A model generated the notes under the pieces. That model was not told the DNA's origin. It ran no database searches and worked only from the letters and a program-made list of their open reading frames with translations. A DNA stretch of 64,000 nucleotides from Shigella phage Ag3. A program made the position numbers and the translations under genes. Of this stretch, positions 47,794 through 54,767 are shown piece after piece (positions within the stretch are counted from its first letter, which is position 1; every line of letters begins with the position of its first letter). The stretch is taken from the sequence record FJ373894, one strand, 5' to 3'.

Positions 47794-47822
47794 ATTATAC
47801 GTGAGTTATTGAAGAAGTAAAC
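47794..47822 (-). promoter_or_regulatory. T4 early-type promoter (GTTTAC-N17-TATAAT)
   Basis: on minus strand GTTTAC (47817-47822) and TATAAT (47794-47799) separated by 17 nt, followed by 7-bp stem-loop and RBS of gene 47502..47741. Confidence 0.5.
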
Positions 47823-47837
47823 CGTTATTCAATATTC

Positions 47838-48122
47838 TTAACTTCTCTCCCAGATGTCTTCCAGGACATCACGCATATTTCTGAGTTCCGGAGTATCACC
47901 GAAGAAAGTTTCCATTTCCCCCTCTTCACCACCCGCCAACAACCAGAATGAGCTGTCAAGGTCTTCTGGGTCTTCTTCGTGGAAGAAACCCTGCTCAACC
48001 ATTTTGATGATAGAAGGTTCGGCGCGCTTGAAGTCCTTTTCTGTCACCACATCAGAGTAGTCGAACTGGTTGTCATAAGACATGATGGAAATGATCTTAT
48101 CAAATATTTCTTTGCTGGTCAT
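47838..48122 (-). CDS. hypothetical acidic protein
   Basis: 94 aa; preceded by hairpin and AGGACTATATC motif. Confidence 0.5.
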   Translation of the reverse strand: MTSKEIFDKIISIMSYDNQFDYSDVVTEKDFKRAEPSIIKMVEQGFFHEEDPEDLDSSFWLLAGGEEGEMETFFGDTPELRNMRDVLEDIWERS

Positions 48123-48142
48123 GATATAGTCCTGATTTCATC

Positions 48143-48161
48143 GGCCTTCACAATGAAGGCC
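48143..48161 (-). promoter_or_regulatory. leader stem-loop upstream of gene 47838..48122
   Basis: GGCCTTCA-caa-TGAAGGCC 8-bp stem followed by GATGAAATCAGGACTATATC-ATG. Confidence 0.5.
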
Positions 48162-48196
48162 GTCTATTGAATAATAGCGGGTGTTTATCTAAAGTA

Positions 48197-48220
48197 AAGC
48201 CCCAACAAATGTTGGGGCTT
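48197..48220 (-). terminator. terminator hairpin downstream of ACP-like gene
   Basis: AAGCCCCAAC-AAAT-GTTGGGGCTT 10-bp stem. Confidence 0.55.
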
Positions 48221-48223
48221 CTG

Positions 48224-48550
48224 TTATTTGCGCAGGGCAACCACGAGTTCAGCGAGTTCACCCATGGTCGGGTCGTCGCCTTTACTGCCCAGCCAGCCGT
48301 CGTCGATTTCGACCTGAAACTCTTCTTCGAGGTCCATTACGATTTCGATGGCATCCAGTTCATCACCGCCGAGGTCTTTCTTGGTGCGGAGACCAGCCAG
48401 CTTGTCCAGGGCATCGTTGATTACCACTTCGGCATCGACGATCCCTTTGATGCTACTCTTGTCCTCATCACTGACTTCCAGATTCAGATTGTCAGTGGCG
48501 TACTGAGCCAGATGACGCATGACTTCAACATATGTTGGTTTACTGCTCAT
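48224..48550 (-). CDS. acyl-carrier-protein-like protein lacking the phosphopantetheine-attachment Ser
   Basis: 108 aa; DLGGDELDAIEIVMDLEEEF aligns to ACP motif DLGADSLD..ELVMALEEEF but Ser is Glu. Confidence 0.55.
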   Translation of the reverse strand: MSSKPTYVEVMRHLAQYATDNLNLEVSDEDKSSIKGIVDAEVVINDALDKLAGLRTKKDLGGDELDAIEIVMDLEEEFQVEIDDGWLGSKGDDPTMGELAELVVALRK

Positions 48551-48569
48551 GCTACTTCTCCCAAAGAAA

Positions 48570-48585
48570 GGCGGGTTGCCCCGCC
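48570..48585 (-). terminator. intergenic stem-loop downstream of vWA gene
   Basis: GGCGGG-TTGC-CCCGCC. Confidence 0.4.
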
Positions 48586-48592
48586 CGTTGGA

Positions 48593-50794
48593 TTAAATTT
48601 TGATCTCTTTCTCTGCCAGTTCGGCAGTGACCTTGTACTTCACACCATCCACTTCAACTTCCATGGTGGACTCTTCCAGGTCGAGGTCGGTGAACCAGCC
48701 GTGGCCAGCAACGATACCATACACCACTTTAGACAGCGTCTTGTTCAGGGCGCGGACTTCGGTGATGGCCGCCTTGGCAGCAGCGTCGATCCAGTTTTCG
48801 ATCAGCTGTTTCTGTACGGCTTCAGGCACGGCAGTGATCGCAGGAGACTTCACGAATGCCTCGTACTCTTTCAGGGCATTGGCGATGAACAAGTCACCCG
48901 CATTGAGTTTCTTGTTCTCGGCAATCTTTTTCTGTACTGCCGCGATGCTAGGCAGAGAAGACGCCCCAGCGATCTTAACGTTCAGCTCACGGCTCATGTA
49001 GACATCCGTGGAGTCCTTCAGTTCGGTCTTCGGTGAGAAGCCGTAATCGCGGATGCCGTAGGAGGACAGGAACTCGGCCGCCTCAGCGCCGTACTGTACT
49101 GCCAGGCCTTTGGCGTTGCCTTTGCCAACCAGTTCATCACGGAAGAACTTCAGCACCTTCTGCTTGCCTTTCAGGGCTTCCAGACGGACGTTGTCAGCAA
49201 AGAACTGAGCAGCACTGATGTTCTTGACCATGGCGCGGTTGACCAGCGGTACGCTTTCCAGGTTCAGGACAAACACTTCCGGACCACCAAACACATGGAC
49301 GCCCATCTGACACAGATTGGTTACAACTTCAACATCAGCCCTGAACGGCAGAGTCTTCACGTTGATGATGCCGTCTTTGACGATGGTGTAGTTGCGCCAC
49401 TGGAAAGTATCCAGTTCTTCAGGCAGACCGAACTTCTTCTGCACGAACTCCGGAATCGCCACAGTGCCGTGTTGGACAGTGCGTACACTGATATTAGGGC
49501 GTTCGGAGTTATAGACCAAATCGCTGATTGGCACAACACCCAGATCGTTGGTAGGTTCGAACGTCGGGTTCCACTCTTCGTGCTCGGCCAGCTTGAGAGC
49601 CAGGGCTTTGCGCTCTTCTTTGGACTCGGCGTTCGCGATCTGTTCTGCCAGCTTGTCTTCGGTATCGTCCAGTTTCTGAGCCGTACCGCGACCGATGCTC
49701 TTGTAGGAGAACATAGGATGTTTGGTAGCAACACACACGCCAGCTTCAGCCAGATACGTCAGCACGTCAACGACGGTCGTCGCATCTTCAGCTGGAACCA
49801 GGTCATAGTCAATACCGTCAACGCCGCGCAGCTGGTCATCAACGATGGCCTGGGTCAGATCAACTTTGATGTTGGAGTAGTCCTGCTTGGTGAAGCAGTT
49901 GCTGTACTGTTTGATGAAGCGAACGTCACCAGTTTTCTTCAGTGCAGCCCACACCAGGTCTGCGTCCATGATGTGTACGCCGTAGAACGCCAGCACGTAT
50001 GCCGCCTGGATGTCCGCCAGTGCATCAAGCTGGTCGATCATGTTAGGATTGACGACCCACAGCTTCGTGACGCTCTCAGGGATGCTCACGTGGCCGATAG
50101 GATGGTCTTCATCCGGCTGTACCGCCAGCACAGTTGCTACGCCGTTTTCAACGTAGATGGCATGATCATACAGCAACGGAACATCAACAACCACTTTCGG
50201 CACCGAGGACTTCAGTACGTTTTCCAGCTCGGTCTGATATTCGGTCTGGCCTTCGGCGAACACGTGAGTCGCGCCGGAACGTTCAGACATCAGAGCCAGC
50301 AGTTCGCGGTTGCAGTACCAGCCGTATTCGATGAATGTGACGTTGTCGAAAGCGGAAGGAAGTTTTTCGGCGGTCTCCAGGATCTCATTGGAGCGCCAGC
50401 AGTTGTCATAACCATCGGTCATGAACGCCAGGTTGTTGACATAGCCAGGCTTCTTCAGACTACGAGCGGTGTCTACAGCCAGACCCAGAGGTTCCACGAA
50501 TCCAGTGCATCCGGACGGTTGTAGGAAGCGGTCGATCAGTTTGTTCAGCTCGCTCAGGTCAGATGCTGCACTAACCTGACGGCCAGCGAACACAGTACCA
50601 AAGTCGCCACGGGATGAGAAATACAGAACACTCACAGTGTCTTCCGGCTTCACCAGAGAAGGCAGGTTCTCCTTCAGATGCTTACGGACTTCAGGGAGCG
50701 CACGGTACATCGAATAAGAGATGTCCACAACGATTACATGGTTGGACGGGGCAGCAGTCGCAACCGCATTCTTAAATTCTAATGATTCAATCAT
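48593..50794 (-). CDS. von Willebrand factor A (MIDAS) domain protein
   Basis: ORF 48593..50878, probable start at internal Met (MIESLEF); N-terminal vWA with DxSxS (VVDISYSM) and TDG (FMTDGYDN) motifs; about 730 aa. Confidence 0.6.
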   Translation of the reverse strand: MIESLEFKNAVATAAPSNHVIVVDISYSMYRALPEVRKHLKENLPSLVKPEDTVSVLYFSSRGDFGTVFAGRQVSAASDLSELNKLIDRFLQPSGCTGFVEPLGLAVDTARSLKKPGYVNNLAFMTDGYDNCWRSNEILETAEKLPSAFDNVTFIEYGWYCNRELLALMSERSGATHVFAEGQTEYQTELENVLKSSVPKVVVDVPLLYDHAIYVENGVATVLAVQPDEDHPIGHVSIPESVTKLWVVNPNMIDQLDALADIQAAYVLAFYGVHIMDADLVWAALKKTGDVRFIKQYSNCFTKQDYSNIKVDLTQAIVDDQLRGVDGIDYDLVPAEDATTVVDVLTYLAEAGVCVATKHPMFSYKSIGRGTAQKLDDTEDKLAEQIANAESKEERKALALKLAEHEEWNPTFEPTNDLGVVPISDLVYNSERPNISVRTVQHGTVAIPEFVQKKFGLPEELDTFQWRNYTIVKDGIINVKTLPFRADVEVVTNLCQMGVHVFGGPEVFVLNLESVPLVNRAMVKNISAAQFFADNVRLEALKGKQKVLKFFRDELVGKGNAKGLAVQYGAEAAEFLSSYGIRDYGFSPKTELKDSTDVYMSRELNVKIAGASSLPSIAAVQKKIAENKKLNAGDLFIANALKEYEAFVKSPAITAVPEAVQKQLIENWIDAAAKAAITEVRALNKTLSKVVYGIVAGHGWFTDLDLEESTMEVEVDGVKYKVTAELAEKEIKI

Positions 50795-50957
50795 CGTTAT
50801 TGCCTTCTTCAGGGTTGTCTTCGGCCTCACCTTCCGGCTTGACCAGCATGTGTTCCAGGAAATCGCGATTGAGTTCAATCTGACTCATCAGCGTTTCCGA
50901 TGGGCTAAAGCGGCGGTCGAGGTTGTCGACGCCCGCACGTTCAAATGGTTTGGCCAT
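50787..50957 (-). CDS. small acidic protein
   Basis: ORF 50787..51014 with start at internal Met (MAKPFER). Confidence 0.35.
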   Translation of the reverse strand: MAKPFERAGVDNLDRRFSPSETLMSQIELNRDFLEHMLVKPEGEAEDNPEEGNNDD

Positions 50958-50958
50958 A

Positions 50959-51318
50959 TCAGCCGCCCTTGACTTCAGTAACGCCAGGGATCGACCGCAG
51001 GGCTTGGCGAACATCGGCGACCTTGTCCTTCTCCACAGTCACCACAATGAACGAGAAGTTCCTTTGTTTACGCCATTTCTTGAAGTGTGAGACAAGCTGT
51101 ACTTCGTTTTCTTCTGCGCCGCTTCCCCCTTCTACAGGGACGTAAACGACACCAGATTCAATAACTACATCGGCGTCATCGGGGATATCTGCGTCTACAT
51201 CTTCGCGATATTCACCATTGACTTTGATGCAATGATCGTCGTGCCAAGCGCCGTTCACCCAATATTCATCATCGTGGTAGTACGCATTGAATTCCGCGCC
51301 TTTCATCTTCACAGACAT
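50959..51318 (-). CDS. hypothetical acidic protein
   Basis: 119-aa ORF immediately downstream of Prs-NAMPT fusion gene. Confidence 0.45.
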   Translation of the reverse strand: MSVKMKGAEFNAYYHDDEYWVNGAWHDDHCIKVNGEYREDVDADIPDDADVVIESGVVYVPVEGGSGAEENEVQLVSHFKKWRKQRNFSFIVVTVEKDKVADVRQALRSIPGVTEVKGG

Positions 51319-51360
51319 CAGGTTTCCCTCAAAACAGGGGAGTTGCCTCCCCTTCGGTTA

Positions 51361-53004
51361 TCAGATTTGTGAGGCCAGTTCCGCCACCAGAGGAGCGGCG
51401 CGGACACGCGCATCTTCCAGAGTTTGAGTGTTGAAGAACTTGCCGTCACGATACACCAGCTGGTGCTGGTTGTCGGCGTCTTGTACCTGATCAAAGGTGA
51501 TACCGTCAACCAACACTAGTTTACCCTGAGAGTCTTTAATGACTTTAAGGAAACCACGCGCAGACTTTTTAGTCCCGCCTTTATCGGTCTTCGGCTCTTT
51601 GAAGATCTCACGGAATTCACCGTTCACCTTACCAGCCGTTGCTTTCACCGCCGTGCCAGTACTGTCACGGGTGTTCATCTGGTAGGTGTAGGAACCGATA
51701 CCGAACACCACGTTGATGGAAGCGAAGTTCCGGCCAGCCAGACGGCTAAAGATCTGGTCTTCACGCGCCAGGGTGATGGAGTCGCCGTAAATCAGACCGA
51801 TGTGTTCGTCCAACAGGAAGTGGCCAGTTTCGGTCTGGGTCCCGCCAAAGATCTCCCACAGGCGCTGGATAGAGCCGACTGCTTCAGAACGGCTGATGAT
51901 ATTACGGTCGTCTGCCATCAGAGAGTTGATCGTGCCTTCGCCTGTAATCAGGTGATAGGTGTTCGTCTCTTCGATGTGAATGACTTCGGTGCTGCTAGAC
52001 ACGCCGCTGATGTTCAGCGTGGCGCGGTCTTTGAACCCCTCAATTCGGTAGCCGCCGACGATATGAACTGGGTCGCCCGAGTCAGGGCGGATCACGACTT
52101 TACCGTTACGCGCCATGATAATATCTTTCAGGCGCGGCAGATAGTCGTCGATGACCTGCCAGTAATCCCACGCATCAGACACGATGCTGACGATGCCATC
52201 AGGATACACGTCCTGCACCAGGCGGCGGAAGGTTTCGAATTCGCCATCCTTCGTACCCATACACATCACGGCGTGTTCGGTAGCCGCAACAGAACCAGCA
52301 ACGACATAGTCTTCGTCGATGTCTGCGCCATAATACTCTTCAACGAACGTGCGCCCACCGTCGCAGATATCATCGACCACCACCAGATAACGGTCTTTGA
52401 TCAGTTCAGGGTTTGTAATGCTCACCCCAATGATCTCACCAGTCTTGGTGTCACGGTTCTTGTGTCCGTAGACAACAGGAACGCCATCCAATGACAGGCT
52501 GAGGGCTTCGGTCTTCTTCGCCGCGCCGCCGTCAGGAGCTACCAGCACAGCGTTGTTCCCACGGATGAACCAGCCCAGATACTGCCGCACGATGTAATCT
52601 TGCGGGACAACATGGACGTTGTTGATCAGAGAAGTCACAACATGGCTGTGAGGGTCTTTGATCGCCACACGGTCAAAGTTCATGCTATTGATGAACTCAG
52701 CCGCCCACTTCACGGACAGAGGCTCTCCGAAGTCGCAATGGCGGTCCTGGCGAGCATACGGGAAGTAAGGGATATACGCATGGAAGGTCGTCAGACGGTC
52801 CACGTTACCCAGGCCGCGCACGGCGTTAACCAGCAGTGCCAGCTCAACGAAGTCGGCTGATGATTTGATGTGGGCATCAATCACCACGTTCTGGACGTGG
52901 CCGACAGGGATACCAGCCTTTTGGATCTTGATATGTTCCTCACCACCTGGGAAGGTGAAGTGTTTGTAGAACACATCTTGGTCGTTCAATTTCAAACGAA
53001 ACAT
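51361..53004 (-). CDS. fusion protein: ribose-phosphate pyrophosphokinase-like N-terminus joined to nicotinamide phosphoribosyltransferase-like C-terminus
   Basis: 547 aa; residues ~1-225 carry Prs motifs (FPGGE, PYFPYARQDR, VLVAPDGGAAKK, VVVDDICDGGRT); residues ~226-547 match the NAMPT C-terminal half (YYG..VAATEHA, VSIVSDAWDYW, RPDSGDP). Confidence 0.75.
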   Translation of the reverse strand: MFRLKLNDQDVFYKHFTFPGGEEHIKIQKAGIPVGHVQNVVIDAHIKSSADFVELALLVNAVRGLGNVDRLTTFHAYIPYFPYARQDRHCDFGEPLSVKWAAEFINSMNFDRVAIKDPHSHVVTSLINNVHVVPQDYIVRQYLGWFIRGNNAVLVAPDGGAAKKTEALSLSLDGVPVVYGHKNRDTKTGEIIGVSITNPELIKDRYLVVVDDICDGGRTFVEEYYGADIDEDYVVAGSVAATEHAVMCMGTKDGEFETFRRLVQDVYPDGIVSIVSDAWDYWQVIDDYLPRLKDIIMARNGKVVIRPDSGDPVHIVGGYRIEGFKDRATLNISGVSSSTEVIHIEETNTYHLITGEGTINSLMADDRNIISRSEAVGSIQRLWEIFGGTQTETGHFLLDEHIGLIYGDSITLAREDQIFSRLAGRNFASINVVFGIGSYTYQMNTRDSTGTAVKATAGKVNGEFREIFKEPKTDKGGTKKSARGFLKVIKDSQGKLVLVDGITFDQVQDADNQHQLVYRDGKFFNTQTLEDARVRAAPLVAELASQI

Positions 53005-53114
53005 AATGTAGCCTCATGGTGTATTGTACAGCCGTATTATACTGTGATGCACAAATTGAAACACCCAGCAAATATACTGGGCGTCATTGATATTGAAGGA
53101 GTTTGATAATTCAG

Positions 53115-53909
53115 TTATTTGTAGGAATCGACGATGGCCTTGAACAGCGCGTCCTTCTGGTCGGTTGGGATATAATCCGCCGGAGCCAGCAAGAGCCGCC
53201 TGATGTCTTCACAGCAGCCTTTCTGTTCTTCGGCGCTCATCTTATCCCAAGTGGTGGCATTAAAGTAGATCCCACCCTTGTAAGCCGCCGTGCAAGTCTT
53301 GGCCAGGCGAACAACGAGTTCAGAATACAGTTCATCAGGCCGCATGTGTGAACGCAAATATGTTTCCACTCTGGCCTGGACTTTGCTGTTGTGTTGGTCA
53401 TTGTGAAGTTCGTTGTCGGTATGAATAAATTCAGCACCGAATCCGCGACTTGGGTCTCGTGGATGATGGAACACGAAAGACTGGCTATGACCTTTCAAGA
53501 ATTCCATCCCAGCCATATGATTTATCTTCCCCCTTTCGGAGATGTACTGCAAGATATCTATCTTCGCATCGGCGGTGGCCGCCTCCAACATCTGCTTCTC
53601 CACAACGGCGCGGTAGGCTTCCAGTTCCCACAACTGGGAGAAGGTCTTGTCATAGGCCAGCTTCTTACCCAACTCTTCATCAAAGTTGGCAGGGTCGATG
53701 GAAGTAGAGCTATTCTTGCCCCAGACGACGAAGCCGTTGTCCATCTTGAAGTGGCAGGTGATGACACGATGACCGCCGACTTCACGGTCTTCATAGATGA
53801 CTTCGGCAATGTGGGACTTCAGGAGGTCTGGAGACAGCTTCAGACCTTCGCGAACAGATTTACCCTTCAGCTCAACACCTTTGGGTTCATTACGATTGAT
53901 GGTTGCCAT
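53115..53909 (-). CDS. hypothetical protein
   Basis: ORF 53115..53942, start at internal Met (MATINRN). Confidence 0.45.
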   Translation of the reverse strand: MATINRNEPKGVELKGKSVREGLKLSPDLLKSHIAEVIYEDREVGGHRVITCHFKMDNGFVVWGKNSSTSIDPANFDEELGKKLAYDKTFSQLWELEAYRAVVEKQMLEAATADAKIDILQYISERGKINHMAGMEFLKGHSQSFVFHHPRDPSRGFGAEFIHTDNELHNDQHNSKVQARVETYLRSHMRPDELYSELVVRLAKTCTAAYKGGIYFNATTWDKMSAEEQKGCCEDIRRLLLAPADYIPTDQKDALFKAIVDSYK

Positions 53910-54291
53910 TCTGTGTTTCCCGTAATTGGTTGCATACAACAACTACTTTACGGCACATGTCGATATCGAACAAGCCAATATGACACTCACGCTTCTTTAT
54001 CCCCAGCTTATGCGCCAGCCAACTGTAAGCGTCGCTTCTGCTCCTCTCTCCGCTTTTCCACAATGGGTCAAACGATCTATGGGCTTTTCGCTTCTCGGCA
54101 CGGAGAGCGGCATTCGCCATCCTTCCCAGAGGTTGTCTGCCGTCTCCATGGGCATGGCAACCGACACGAGCGTCACATGGAGTGCATACCCAGAACTTCA
54201 GATTGCGGAGGTCAGGGCGATGAGGGTGGAGGACGTCACCACCGACGAATTCGGCTGGGAGGCCACAGTAATCACAGATGACAGGTTTCAT
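53890..54291 (-). CDS. zinc-finger protein
   Basis: ORF 53890..54318, start at MKPVICDYCG; CxxC and CTPCDARVGCHAHG motifs. Confidence 0.45.
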   Translation of the reverse strand: MKPVICDYCGLPAEFVGGDVLHPHRPDLRNLKFWVCTPCDARVGCHAHGDGRQPLGRMANAALRAEKRKAHRSFDPLWKSGERSRSDAYSWLAHKLGIKKRECHIGLFDIDMCRKVVVVCNQLRETQNGNHQS

Positions 54292-54351
54292 ATTCTTTGT
54301 CCAAAAGAAACCCCGCACATGGCGGGGTTGCTCAGGCCGAGGCCAACAGGG

Positions 54352-54723
54352 TTATTTCAGCAACGCTTCCAGTTCTTCAACAGATTTGTTTTCCAGCTCC
54401 TGCTGTTTCTTACGCTGGATCAACTCCAGGATAACCTGGTTGTTCGCCTTACGCTCTGCCGCGTCTTTGCTGTCGTCACGCTCTTTCAGCTTAACGCCGA
54501 TGATGTGCTTGACAACGTCGAAGCGCAGCTGCAGTTCGGAGTCAACGGCGCTTTTGGTGCCGATGAAATCTTCTTCATCAGTTTCCGCTGCCTTCACCTG
54601 ACGGCTCAGGCTCTTCGCCATTTCGTTCAGGGCATTCAGGCTCAGATCCCAAACCTGCTCAACAGACAGCAGACCTTTGTTGGATTCGAAGCGCAGTTTC
54701 AGACGGGTTGCTTTATCGAACAT
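54352..54723 (-). CDS. hypothetical coiled-coil protein
   Basis: 123 aa, charged helical. Confidence 0.45.
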   Translation of the reverse strand: MFDKATRLKLRFESNKGLLSVEQVWDLSLNALNEMAKSLSRQVKAAETDEEDFIGTKSAVDSELQLRFDVVKHIIGVKLKERDDSKDAAERKANNQVILELIQRKKQQELENKSVEELEALLK

Positions 54724-54767
54724 TTTACTATCCTCAATGATGAATGGGTTACAATTTCAAATTAGGT

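Noticed and set aside
49295-50524. 409-aa plus-strand ORF antisense to the vWA gene
   Set aside because: Fully embedded antisense to a motif-supported gene; no start context; shadow ORF.
51361-53004. Annotating this ORF simply as nicotinamide phosphoribosyltransferase (NadV)
   Set aside because: The N-terminal 225 residues are PRPP-synthetase-like, not the NAMPT N-domain; calling it an intact NadV would hide the fusion.
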